Origin: Octopus bimaculoides | Lineage: Eukaryota | NCBI RefSeq assembly: GCF_001194135.2 | Contig: NC_069005.1 | Span: 14,771,909-14,834,530 of the forward strand | Length of the DNA stretch: 62,622 nucleotides | Direction of reading: 5' to 3' | Shown here: piece by piece, positions 36,316-48,758 of the stretch | How the letters are laid out: every line of letters begins with the position of its first letter | How positions within the stretch are numbered: the stretch's first letter is position 1 | Notes under the pieces: model-generated | Databases searched by the model: none | Seen by the model: the letters and a program-made list of their open reading frames with translations, nothing else | What the model was told of the DNA's origin: nothing | Program-made: the position numbers and the translations under genes

Positions 36316-38820
36316 GAAAGGAAATTAGGAGAAGAGCCCTGTTTGTATACATCCACAGCTTGATCAAAATTTACTTTCACTGAGGTAGGAGGGTCTTCTT
36401 GTGAACTGCATATTGTCAATCATTTTGGCTCTTTGTCCATGGGGCTCAACCTCCTGTGATCAACCTTCACCACTTCATCCCATGTCTTCTTGGGTCTCCG
36501 TCTTCCATAAGCTCCATCCACATTAAGCAGTTGATACTTCTTTATACAGCTCTCCTCATCCATACACATCACATGTCTATACCAGCACATTCTTCTTTCT
36601 TGCACACTACATCTGATACCTCTTACACCCAGTTTTTCTCTCAGCACATTTGTATGATGCGTTTTGTGCACATTCAAGAGGATATGATCACTTCTTTTGT
36701 TTAGTCTTCTCAAATCCTCTACTGTCATCTGCATTCAAGGCCCATGTCTCACTACCATGCAGCATTGCAGTTCTTAGACAAGCCTTTACAATCTACCTCT
36801 TAACTCAGAGGGAAAAGAGCTTTTCCAACTAGTATACTAGTGTGCAATGGTATGAACTTTATATTTACTAGTATACTTTCAGGGCAGCCACCTCCTTGCT
36901 AATTACATCTCTTAAGTAATACAAGTTATCAGCCACTTCTCGTAAGCTATCCAGGCATTTAAGAGAATATATTTTTGGTGAGCTCATGGTATGTACAGCT
37001 CTAGTAATGTATTACATAATAAGCTTATGTTCTCTGATAGTCTGCCTGTAATTCCACTAAATCTCTTGTGTGTCCCTGGATTTACACTGGATTTATTTTA
37101 TGGAGTTTATACCTTTTCTGTATATTGATCAAATCCTTTTCCCCTGAATGAACTCAGGCCTAGTTTTCTTTCTTACTAAATCCTTTGTCTTCACTAGGTT
37201 TATTTCAAGACCTCAATTCTAAGTTTAGCTTCCTTGCCTGACATTTCTTAATTCCCCTACAAATTTAGGTATGAGAACCAGATCATCATCCTATTGTAGT
37301 TTTTATGGACAGCCAATCTTAAACTCATGATGGCCTGTAGGACTATGATGAATAGAAGAGAACTGAACGGTGATAGAACTGCTACTTTCATGCTGAATTC
37401 ATCACTGAAATCATTGTCAACTTTCACTTTACTCACTGCATCTTTGTACGTAGCTTGTACAGCCCTTGTAAACCATTCATCTACACCTAGTTTCCTTGAT
37501 GGCCACCAAATTACTTAGTGTGGCTTACTGTCAAATGCTTTCTCCAGATTAACAAAACCCAGGGATAGTGGTTTACTCTTAGCCAGGTATTTCTCCTGCA
37601 GTTGCCTCACTAGGTAGATTGTATCCATGGTGCCTCTAAATTCAAACTATCAGTTGTACTATGGCTCTCTCCATGACATTTATAGCTTGAACTAGTAGTT
37701 TGAGCGCTCTTTGGTTGTGTCTCTTTAAGGTATCTCCTTTGCCTTTGTACCAGTTTATGATGATACTGCCACATTGGTCATTGGGTATGATGCCTTTTAT
37801 AACTTATGTATCCAGATGGTAATTGCATATTCTACCTTACCAGATATTTTGAGCATCTCTAACTATCCTTGATTGACCTGCTGTTCTCCTTCTCTTCATG
37901 TCTTTGATTTATCTAGTATGCTTCTTTGAACTTGAATTGCTGGTCCCTCTGTTGGGTGAACGCAAGATAATTCCTCTTTATTTCATGCATTCTCTACATT
38001 CAGCAGCCTTTTATAATTGCACTTCCCTGCCACTTTCTTGTCTTCCATATCAATGGTGAACCAACATTCATCATTCTGAATACTTGTGTCACCAGTGACA
38101 TCTTAGTTCTATCTCTCACATCTCTCATTCCTGACTACCTCACACCTCTGATCCTCATGTTGCAAGGCAAGTGCATATCTCTTCCTTTCTGCTTCACCTT
38201 TAGCCAAGTATATATATTAGCTACCTTTCTAGCCATTAAAAGCTTCTTACTACCACTTTTCTCCACCTTTCTTTTAGCCTTTACTGTCCTATCAACCATA
38301 TCATTCCACCAGCATGTTACTTTTTGGTTTCCCTAGGGCTTTGCTCCTTGCTCCGTCCACATGGCTAATCTGTAGCCCTAAACATGTTATTAGTTGTCAT
38401 CTATGCTACAGGAATTTTAGTCTTAATCCCTACTGTCTTAGAATTTCTTTAAATCTATTTTAGTTTCCATATTTTCCTTTTAAAGTCTTCTTTCATTTCT
38501 GAGTCTGCCTAGCTTTGACTCTGAAGTCACTAACTACAAATCTAAGTTGTGAATTTTTCACCAGGAAATGTTTCAGTATCTTGTTTCCTGATGAGAATGT
38601 AATCTATCTGACTTGTGTGCTTGCCAGATTGGTAGGTGATGAGGTGGTTGGCTGATTTCCTAAAGTACATTTTGTAAATAGTCAGATCAGTTGCATCACA
38701 GAACTCTAGGAGCCTTACACACTCCTAAATTCTTAAACCAAAACCATAGCCTCTACCTATGTTACAGAAGCCTTCAACATGTTGGTTATGGACATTGAAA
38801 TTACCAGCCACAATAATGCA
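36316..38820 (-). mobile_element. Decayed RTE LINE (endonuclease-RT-3' end) with insertion at ~36840-37310
   Basis: Minus IIVAGNFN (~38800), DTIYLVRQLQEKYLAKSKPL.LGFVNLEKAFD (37530-37630), LREKLGVRGIRCSVQERRMCWYRHV...RRRPKKTWDEVVK (ORF 36420..36734). Confidence 0.85.
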
Positions 38821-38879
38821 TATGTATGTATATGTCTCTATATGTAAAATTATGTATATAAATATGTACCTACAAAGAT

Positions 38880-40210
38880 AGTTTTTGTATGTGGCAGATG
38901 CTCAGGAGCAATAAACACTGAAAATGTGCATAGAACAACTTCTGCCACATTCCAGGGAGAAAAACTAGTAGTTGATAGCTTCCGTTACCTAGGTGACCAC
39001 GTCAGTAGTGGGGATGGGTGCTCTGAAAGTGTAGCTGCTAGAATAAGAATAGCCTGGGCAAAGTTCAGAGAGCTCTTACCTCTACTGGTGACAAAGGGCC
39101 TCTCGCTCAGCGTAAGAGGCAGACTGTATGACGCATGTGTACGAACAGCCATGCTGCATGGCAGTGAAACATGGGCCGTGACTGCTGAGGACATGCATGG
39201 GCTCGCAAGGAATGAAGCCAGTATGCTCCGATGGATGTGTAATGTCTGCATACTCGACAGAGTGTAAATACCTTGAGAGAAAAGTTGGACCTGAGAAGCA
39301 TCAGTTGTGGTGTGCAAGAGAGACGATTGTGCTGGTATGGTCATGTAGCAAGAATGGATGAGGATAGCTGTGTGAAAAAGTGCCACACCCTAGCAGTGGA
39401 GGGAACCTGTGGAAGAGATAGGCCCAGGAAGACCTGGGATGAGGTGGTGAAGCACAATCTCCAAACATTAGGCATCACCAAGGCAATGGACTAGTGACTG
39501 AGACCTTTGGAAATATGCTGTGCGTGAGAAGACCCGGCAAGCCAAGTGAGACCATAACCCGTGGCCTTTACCAGGGGTCTAGCCAGCCTGCTTATGCGTA
39601 CCTTTCCTTCTTTGGACACAGAACCCTGCTTGCGAAGGCCTGTTGAGGCAAGTGAAGTCGAAATCGAACCAAATTCGATGACTGGCACCCATGCCAACCT
39701 TCCTTCATTGGACACTAAACTCAGCTTGCGAAGACCTGTTGGGGCAAGTGAAATCGAAACTGAACCAAATTCGATGACTGGCACCCATGCCAGTGGAGCG
39801 CTAACAGCACCATCAGAGTGGGTTCACTGCCAGAGCAGCTGTCTGGTTTTCGTGCCGGTGGCACGTAAAAAGCATGATTGTTACCAGCGTCGCCTTACTG
39901 GCACTTGTGTCGGTGGCATGTGAACAAAACATTCGAGCAAGGTCGTTGCCAGCACCGCTGGACTGACTCCTGTGTAGGTGGTACGTAAAAAACATTTGAG
40001 TGTGGCCGTTGCCAGTACCGCCAGACTGGCCCTCGTGCCAGTGGCATGTAAAAGCACCCACTACACTCTCAGAGTGGTTGGTGTTAGGAAGGACATCCAG
40101 CTGTAGAAAGTCTGCCAGATTAGATTGGAGCCTGGTGCAGCCATCTGGTTCGCCAGTCCTCAATCAAATCGTCCAACCCATGCTAGCATGGAAAGCGAAT
40201 GTTAAACATT
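38880..40210 (+). mobile_element. Least-diverged RTE LINE copy: ORF C-terminus plus full 3' UTR
   Basis: ORFs 38926..39267 and 39273..39494: DSFRYLGD...RIRIAWAKFRELLPLL...LYDACVRTAMLHGSETW...QERRLCWYGHVARM...RPRKTWDEVV; ~700 bp UTR follows. Confidence 0.9.
39602..39792. repeat. 96-bp direct repeat x2 in the RTE 3' UTR
   Basis: GGACAC at 39614 and 39710; GGCACCCATGCC at 39684 and 39780. Confidence 0.9.
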
Positions 40211-40895
40211 TGTTGATTTGGGGCTATAGCAGACAACACTTGATTAAAATTCAACACTATGGAACTAAGCTGAAATCCACGTTGTTGCAAAGTAACTTTC
40301 TTAACCATTCAGCCATATACATACATACATATATATATATGTGTCAAATTGAATCTTGCTTGCTTGCAATGTTACTCAGGCAAACTAGTGCATAATGGGT
40401 AAATACTATGAATTAAGTCTCCCCTGAAATGTAAATACATGCGGAATGAAATAAATTTCGCATAAATTGGATAAGTCGTTGTGAAGATATTAAGGGTTTC
40501 CGGGGTATAAATACCCAAAACGGTGCATAATGGGAAAAGTCTCCGAAATTAACTTGATCCTGAAAGGGAAGTAACTCTTACCTTTCGATTATATAGTGAC
40601 TTAACAAAAAATGTTTCTATTTTTGCTTTTGTTAAACACAATATTTTAATCATTTAGAAATATTTTTAAGTGAATGTGATTTCAAAAATGAATGTTGTTT
40701 GTATAAGAAGTATTTATATTTGAGCTTTCGTCAAACAGACAATATTTTAATGGTTTTTAAAAAATTATTTTCAAGTGAATACCATTACAAAAATTCTTTT
40801 TGGCATAAAAGACCCATTCGTAACCTTGGTGTGAAATAATTTTTTTCCGTAGGTTTTTTTCAAGTGCATTCAACATATCTCACTTTCAAAGAATA

Positions 40896-40998
40896 GGCTG
40901 CTATTTCTAACACACCCTGATACCACGTAACTGCTATCTGTGGTAAAGGACCCAAAATACCTGTTACGTGGTAGCAGGGCATGCAAGAAATAGCAGCC
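40896..40998. repeat. ~100-nt interrupted palindrome/hairpin
   Basis: GGCTGCTATTTCT/AGAAATAGCAGCC (13 bp), CCCTG/CAGGG, TACCACGTAAC/GTTACGTGGTA (11 bp). Confidence 0.85.
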
Positions 40999-41773
40999 AA
41001 ATCTTTCCTTTTCTGGGGAAAGGAGCTGCTTACATGTGATTCCGATGTCACATTCGTTGAGACCATGCAAAATAACCTGGAAAAGAAAAATAACCTCACA
41101 AAAGAAAACAAAGACTATATGTGTGTGTATAAAAGATTGGGCTTAATTAGATTAACAGATAAATCCAGAATAAGCAAATTAATGACACCTTACCTTGTCA
41201 AATACTCAGTTAAAAATTAAGAAAAAATAGCAGCAATCACTAAACACAAGTATAGAAATACATCCACATCAAGAACTACAAATATACAAGTAAATCTGGG
41301 TTGTAACTGTCCCCACCTGGAGATTGCTGTAACATGAAACTTTTTGTGAAAAAAGTTAAGATATATGTACTTTGTGTGAATGTGTGTAAATGAGGATTGA
41401 TGACAGGAAGAGCATTTGATCATTAAAAAATCTCTCAGTAAACTTTGTAAACATTGAAAAGTAAATGTTAAAATGATGCTGATGATTTGTATGTATACAT
41501 GCATACAATTTATGTTAGCAAACGAAGCAGTTCCAGTTTGAAAGAAAGTCCTTTCTTGGAAGGTTTCTGCAAGGCTGGCTTACACTTTTCTTAGATATAT
41601 TGCCAGGAAACTGTCTGTAATGCTGCTGCAAGGTTCACCAACATCCATATAAAATAAAAATTTAGTTTTGGCAAGATTGTATGTGTTGACACACAGATGA
41701 TATTATTTCTTAAGTGAAAATTCTTTTGTTTTTGATGGAATTTCTTTTCAGCCATCTATCTTTATAACATTTG

Positions 41774-41807
<34 letters not shown>

Positions 41808-41844
41808 TGTCTATAGCTGTAATATTTGTCTTGACAGTTAATTA

Positions 41845-42050
41845 TTAACTCTGTCAAATGCGATTCTTATTTATTCACTTTGTTTTGAATTAATCATGCA
41901 TTTTCTCATAGCTTTGAGATTTTGATATGATTGTTTATTTTTAGAATGACATTGTAGGGTAGGTGGGAGAGGCTGGATCTGGTTGATTTGAACATAAAAC
42001 CAGTAGAATATTTAGGCTGGATATGGCTGGTTTGAATACCAAAGGGTTAA
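41845..42050. mobile_element. piggyBac-type MITE, left end eroded
   Basis: Body matches 42428-42647; ends AAAGGG-TTAA. Confidence 0.7.
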
Positions 42051-42154
42051 AAGAATGTTCTTAGATTCCTTCTTAACCATTAGTTTTTACTAATTGAAAA
42101 AGAAAATTTAATGAAGTTGCTGATATATTTATGTTAATTCAATAATTATGGTCT

Positions 42155-42340
42155 TTAAGGTGGTGAACTGGCAAAACCATTAGCATGCCAAACATAATGC
42201 TTAGTGACATTTCGTCTGTCCTTATGTTCTGAGTTCAAATTTTGTGGAATTTGCCTTTCATCCTTACAGGGTTGGTATAATTGATGAACCCCTTTCTTGA
42301 AAAGGCAGGCCTTGTGCCAAAATTTGAGACTAATAAATAT
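42155..42340 (+). mobile_element. SINE family B
   Basis: GGTGGTGAACTGGCAAAACCATTAGCATGCC...TTCTGAGTTCAAAT...GCCTTGTGCCAAAATTTGAGA. Confidence 0.75.
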
Positions 42341-42427
42341 GGCCTTTCAAATCAAAAACAAAGTTAATCTTTTAGATATCAACCTGTCTGAGATTGCCCT
42401 TTTTATAATACTAGACCACCTTTATAA

Positions 42428-42647
42428 CCCTTTGGCATTCAAATTACTCTATCAAATCTAATGTATGTTTATTTACCTTGTTTTCAGTTAATCATGCATT
42501 ATCTCATAGCTTCAAAGTTTTGACACTATGATTTCTTTATTTTTAGAATGACATTATGGGATAGATACAAGGGGCTGGATCTGGCTGGTTGACCATAAAA
42601 CAGATAGACTATTTAGGCCAGATATGGCTAGTTTAAATGCTAAAGGG
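42428..42647. mobile_element. piggyBac-type MITE (~220 bp)
   Basis: ATAA-CCCTTTGGCATT...AATGCTAAAGGG-TTAA. Confidence 0.8.
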
Positions 42648-42929
42648 TTAAAATCTTTATTTAAATTATAATTTTTAGAACCTTTTATGTTCTAAACAAC
42701 CGAGTTAATAATAACTGTTGTATTGCAAACCACTTCCACTATCATTATTTTTAAGCTTTATTGAAACAGATGTGCAATGTATGTTATTAGAAATATGATA
42801 ATAAAATAATTAAAATTCACATTAGTTTTGACACTCTGTAAAGCTGTCAGGTAAAACCTCAATAGTTTTTCCTATCCCATATTTTATCTTCCCCTGTTTT
42901 GAAGTGCTAGCAAGGTTATATTAAGAATG

Positions 42930-43200
42930 TTGCATCCCATCCACGCAGTTCTGGGTTCAGTCCCATTGTATGACTGAAAAAATCCTGTGTGTGTGTGTGT
43001 GTGTGTGTGTTCATGTTTTGGTTTTACATCGTAGCTGTAAATTGAGTTCCAATATTCTGCAAGGACATGTCCTAGAAAATATCACCTTGCTTGGAAACAA
43101 GTGAGGGTCGGTAATAGGAAAGGGGATCTGGCCATAGAAAATCTGTCTCAGTAAACTCATCCAACCCATGCAAGCATGGGAAAGTGAATTTTAAACTGAC
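42930..43200 (+). mobile_element. Composite SINE (family A head, RTE-like tail)
   Basis: GTTCTGGGTTCAGTCCCATTG...(TG)n...ATATCACCTTGCTTGGAAACAAGTGAGGG...CCATGCAAGCATGG. Confidence 0.6.
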
Positions 43201-44039
43201 AGCAGTGATCATTTTTTTTTTTTTGATGATGATCCACTTTCATGTAACAGCTTAAAAATCTGCTTGAACACAACATAACTGGTTTCTACTTCTTGTGGAC
43301 AGAAGTGTGGTTTTGTGATGCTCATGCACTTCAAACATAAGTGAAATTGCTAGCCGAGAAATAAAGTCAGGTTGCACACTCTACACATGCCTCTCTCGCC
43401 TCTTCATTTCTCATGTAACTTAATCATATCCAATGGCAGGTAAAGAGTGTGTGTAATCTGGAACAAATTCAAAAACGCTTTACTTTCAGGTTTGCTCTTT
43501 GTCTTTCTCAAATCAACTGAAAATGGATCTTTATAGTAGTGTACTTCAAAAGTTGCAGAAGCTAAGGTGGTTAGGTGTTTTAGTTTCCAGGGAAAACTAT
43601 GAGAAAAGGGCATTTCACTCCATGGTCTTTTTTCCCCCCTGCACTCTCATATATATATATATCAGGGACTGCATTATATAACACATCCCTCAAGGAAGAT
43701 TTGGTTGTGTTTCTTGAACCCCTTGGTGGCTAGAAGTTACCCTCAGAGGTTGTAATTCCATATTTTGTGAAGGTTGAAAAGAATGATTAAACCAGTGTTT
43801 CCCAACTTATTTTCCCCCAGGCCCCACTATAACTTTCCAGAAAAATGTATACCCCACCAGTGATTGCAAAAAAGTATAGGTGTAGTATGTTTGCTGTAAA
43901 AAAAAAGATATTCACAATTCCATGCCCCACTAAAAAAAAAAGGATCTTACTTTCCACCACAGGTTTTTGCTGGCCCCACCATGGGGTGTGTGCCCCATGT
44001 TAGGAATCACTAGGTTAAATGCTGGCTAGGAATATATAG

Positions 44040-44608
44040 TAATCATAGGTAGATTTAAGCTGGTCATATTTGGTCAAAATGTTCTATTTTATGTTCAAAC
44101 TAACCAAATACAGTCTCTTACACTCACTTTACTATGTCATACTGAAAATATGCAATCCCATCATTGAAATCTCAAAGCTACAATATAAGGCATAATTAAT
44201 TCGAAACAGTGTGAATAAGTAAGCATTATTTGACAGTAAAAGGTGCATGACTCAGTGGTTAGAGGGGGACAGGCTTACAATTACAAAGTAGTGGGTTTGA
44301 TTCCTGGACCGGGTTGTGTGTTGTGTCCTTGAGCAAAACACTTTATTTCACGTTGCTCCAGTTCGCTCAGCTGTAGAAATGAGTTGTGATGTCATTGGTG
44401 CCAAGCTGAATCGGCCTTTGCCTTTCCCTTGGATAACACTGGCAGCGTGGAGAGGAAAGGCTGGTATGCATGAGTGACTGCTGATCTTCCATAAACAATT
44501 TTGCCTGGACTTGTGCTTCGGAGGGTAACTTTCTAGGTGCAATCCCATGGTCATTCATGACCAAAGGGGATCTTTACCCTTTTTACATTTGACAGTAATC
44601 TGAAAGTT
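44040..44608. mobile_element. piggyBac-type MITE split by a SINE
   Basis: MITE body at 44040-44239 resumes at 44599 (TCTGAAAGTTAAAGGATTAA). Confidence 0.7.
44240..44586 (+). mobile_element. SINE family C, full length with 12-bp TSD
   Basis: tRNA-like head GGTGCATGACTCAGTGGTTAGAG...GGTTTGATTCCTGG; TSD ATTTGACAGTAA at 44228-44239 and 44587-44598. Confidence 0.88.
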
Positions 44609-44809
44609 AAAGGATTAAAGTGTTTCAATCATGAAAATGTGTTTTCAAGTTAAAAGGCATTTAAAGTGGCCATATCCAGCCCAAATATTCCATGTGTCTC
44701 ATACTCCAACTGACCAGATTCAACCTTTTACACTTATCTTCAGTCTCATTCTAAATATAAACAATAACATTGTTGAATTCTTGAAGCTGTGCGATAATGC
44801 ATATTTAAC

Positions 44810-45023
44810 CCACCCTTTAGCATTCAGATTACTCTGTCAAATATAATGCTTAATTGTTCACATTGTTTTGAATTGATCCTGCATTATTTTGTAACTTTAA
44901 GATGTCATTAATGTGAGTGTGATGGGCTGAATCTGGCCAGTTTTAGAAGTCCTAAAGGGCTAATTCAAAACAATGTGAATAAATATTACCTCTGACAAAG
45001 TAATCTGAATGCCTAAGGGTTAA
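44810..45023. mobile_element. piggyBac-type MITE plus a second end fragment
   Basis: CCCTTTAGCATTCAGATTACTCTGTCAAAT...CTAAAGGGCTAA, then ...TAATCTGAATGCCTAAGGG-TTAA. Confidence 0.7.
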
Positions 45024-46154
45024 AAATACCAAACCTAGGAGTAATGTATTTGATAGTAACAAAGTGTGGTCTTGTTTGGTGGATGGAATTAAATCTGTTT
45101 ACATACAGTTCCCCGCAGGAGCTTCAACAACACTACACAATTTTATGTATGTTAGATGCGCTCGGATAGTTGAAAGGTTGAACTATATATATGATAGTCT
45201 TTCGGTTTCTGTGTACTGATTCCACTCCTATGGCTATGGTTGGCTTGGGGCTATAGTAGAAGACACTTGACCATGGTGCCATGCAGTGGGGTTGAATCTG
45301 AAATCATGGTTGGGAAAGCAGGTTTTTTAACCACTCTGCTATACATGGGATATAAAGAATTCTTGAGCATATGAAATGGAATAAAGAGAATTGTGTGTAG
45401 TCTGCATGTGCAGGGGTAAATCAGAAAAATTAGGAACATGTGATTTGATTAGGTGTCAAACCAGAGCTGACTATATTACTGGTGTTGTGCTTTATGAATT
45501 AATAGTAGGAGGTTGGTGCATTCTTCTGACTTGCCAGCTCCTGTCGAACCATCCAACCCATGCCAGCATGGAAGGAGGATGTTAAGTAAGGATGATGATG
45601 ATGAAGGTAACTATGTAATAAGAGGTGGACAATTGAAGGCATGTGTTTGTGGTTAGACTAAACATCAAAACACCGAACCTTACGAATGAGCTGAGGAAGA
45701 GAATTATGATAAATGAGGATATTGCAAATGTTTAGATATCCAGCTGATATTAAGGTCGATGTTTTTTTTTTATATTTTGACTTTCTTTGCATGACTTAAT
45801 GACAGAAATGTTTTACAGTTGGATACCTTTCAGAATTAGGATAAAAATACAAAAGAAAAAAAGGAATAAAACTATACAAAAATCAGTTTGAGGATGAGAT
45901 AGTATCATTCTCAAGCTACTATTTGTTAATGAAAAGACAAACTATTTAATTTTTATGTGATTGTATGTGTTCATTTGTTGTACAATATAGTTCATATCAA
46001 CATTTCTTCATTTTAATTAGTTGCTAATTACAACTGTATAGAAATTACTGTTGAATAAAAAGCATGTGTGCTTTTTAAATTAGTATTTAAGGTAATGTTA
46101 TGTGCTCCATCCATTTTATTTTAAGCTTCTTTTGATACACAAGTTTATTATTAT

Positions 46155-46625
46155 TAAGGCGGCAACCTGGCAGAATCATTAGCACGCTGGGCAAAATGCT
46201 TGGCGGCGTTTCATCTATCTTTACATTCAGAGTTCAAATTCCACCGAGATCAACTTTGCCTTTCATCCTTTTGGGGTCTATGAAATAAGTGTAACTCTGG
46301 GTTGATGTAATTGACAAACCCCTCCCTCAAAATTCCAGGCCTTGTGCCTATAGTAGAAAACATTATTATTATTATTAAGGTGTCAAGCTGGCAGAACTGT
46401 TAGTACACAGAGCAAAATGCTTAGTGGCATTTCATCCATCTCTACATTCTGAGTTTAAATTCTGCTGAGGTGACGTTTTCATCCTTTTTGGGTTGCTAAA
46501 ATAAATACCAGTTGTGTACAGGGGTCAATGTAATTGCTTTGTCACATTGGGCAAAATGCTTAATGGTACATTCTGAGTTCAAGTTCTGCCAAGATTGACT
46601 TCACTTTCCATCCTTTCAGGGTCAG
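46155..46625 (+). mobile_element. Two to three tandem SINE family B copies joined at (TTA)n tails
   Basis: TTATTATTAAGGCGGCAACCTGGCAGAATC at ~46148 and ATTATTAAGGTGTCAAGCTGGCAGAAC at ~46371. Confidence 0.8.
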
Positions 46626-46992
46626 TTTTCTTTCCTCCTCTTTCTTCAACTAACTTTTTTAACCATGTAATAAATATTACATTCCCCCTACCCCATATGG
46701 ACGCTTCTCTCTCCCTCTTTTTGTCTCACTCTCCACCTTATCCTCTTTTTCTTTCTCTTCTGTTTCCCTTCAATTAATCACATGAAAGCATTACAATTAC
46801 ATTCCCTCTACCTCATGCCGTGGACGCTTCTCTCTCCCTCTTTTCTCTGCTTTTGTTTCTCCCTTGTTTTCTCTAATCACATGGAAGCATTACCAACAGG
46901 CTAAGTAACACAATGGCAAGCAGAATGATTCAAGACAATATGAATAAATAAGCATTACAGTTGAGAGAATAATCTGAATGTTAAAAGCTTAA

Positions 46993-47258
46993 CCTTTTAG
47001 CATTTAAACCAGCCATATCCGGCCCAAATATGTCTCCTGTTTTATGTTCAAACTGGTCAGATCTAGCCCCTCACACCCACCCTACAATGTCATTCTAAAA
47101 ATAGGCAACTACATTAAAATCTCAAAGCTGTTAGACAATATATGATTAATTCACAACCAACAACTGGAGTCTGGACATCTCCATGCCAGCATGGAAAGTG
47201 GACTTTAAACAACAATGATGATGATGACATTTGGCAGAATAATTTGAACACAAAAGGG
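46993..47258. mobile_element. piggyBac-type MITE with an RTE-tail insertion (~47160-47227)
   Basis: TTAA-CCTTTTAGCATTTAAACC...AAAAGGG-TTAA; internal CCATGCCAGCATGGAAAGTGGAC...GATGATGA. Confidence 0.75.
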
Positions 47259-48137
47259 TTAAGCCATCCTCTCTTCTACCTCCCTTTTGGGTTTCAGGTT
47301 ATGGCCTGATGTGTTATCCAAAATGTTGGTTTCCTTAGTGTAGTCTCCTTTCAGATTTTGCTGCACCATGTCATGTTTCCCTGAGGAAAGGAGGCCTTCT
47401 TCTCCCAGTTCATGTTGGTTTTGAAATGTTATTGATGCTTTTGTAACATTGTTTCTTTCTAATTAGGAGTGTTTGCTCTACACAGATGTATTTTTGCTTC
47501 TGGGAAGAGGTGGTCCATATTCGTTGGGCCTCTGTCTTTTGACCTGTCCATTGTGGGAGGCCTCACTAGGAGCTTGTGCTCCACTGGAATAACTCTCAGG
47601 ATCAGTGAGGCAAACAAGCTACCACAAGGACTGGATCTTGTGGTGGTTCATCCCCCTGGGGAGTCAACATAAAAACACCAGTCAAAATATGGGGTTGATT
47701 TAATTAGCTAATACCTCCCCTCCTAAAATTTCAGACCCTTTAACTATGTTAAAAGTATTAGTTGCTGTTTTATATCTATTTCTACCAGTAATGCAGATGA
47801 GCAAATTTGACTATTTGCATACTGTTGGTAAACTAGATCCTTTTCTTTATTAATGATTGTCTCTCCTTTGGATAGTAGTAGTAGTAGTAGTTGTTGTTCA
47901 ATCCCCAACTTTATTCTTCTTGATTATAACCTATTGTTGCCATAAATAACACTGAGACTCCTATATATAGTTATTCTCCTCTTGTGTTCGTAAGAAGCAT
48001 GGAATCCCTCTGCAGAATTTCAAGGAAGAATGTATGTATGCATATATACATCATATATACACTCGCGTATGTACATATACATGTGTTTGTGATTGCTTTA
48101 GTCAACTGTACTTTACTGTAGTTATAGCAGCATTTAA

Positions 48138-48354
48138 CCCTTTAGCCTTTAGAATTTTTCTGTCAAGTGTAATACTTATTCATTTACATTGTTTTAAATT
48201 AATCAAGCATTATCTTGTAGCTTCAAGATTTTGATGGTGTGATTATTTTTTGGAACGACATTGTAGGGTAGATGTGAGAAATCAGTTTTCTGGCTGGTTT
48301 GAACATAAAACAAGAATATTTGGGCTGGATATGGCCAGTTTAAATACTAAAGGG
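48138..48354. mobile_element. piggyBac-type MITE with intact TTAA TSDs
   Basis: TTAA (48134-48137) CCCTTTAGC...ACTAAAGGG TTAA (48355-48358). Confidence 0.85.
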
Positions 48355-48758
48355 TTAATAGAACATTGGGTCAATGTGTGATTGGCAATGATATCAGGAA
48401 TGGCTGTCTGAATAAAGCCAAAAGATAAATGTTGTTTACCTATGAGGGAGTAGATCAGTCTCGACATCACCTTGAAAGATGCAGAAGGGCTGGCATGAGA
48501 GCACTGGTGGATCTGGTTGGCTCTATGCATGATGATGTCTCTGGGATCACTAACTTGGAATGACACCAGCCAAATCAAGCAAGAGCATGAAGCCAGCCAG
48601 CCAAGAGACTAGAAGGAAGCAGAAGTAATATCTTGCTTCTCAAGAGTACTATTAATGACTGCAGTAAGATTCTGAAATTGTGCATAACTTCGCAGTCATC
48701 AGTCTTTGTTTATTTATTTATTATTTTGTATGTTTTTTTTCCACCACTTACTGTTCAG

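Noticed and set aside
38926-39494. Host protein-coding gene
   Set aside because: It is a frameshifted RTE reverse-transcriptase C-terminus with several decayed paralogues in the window.
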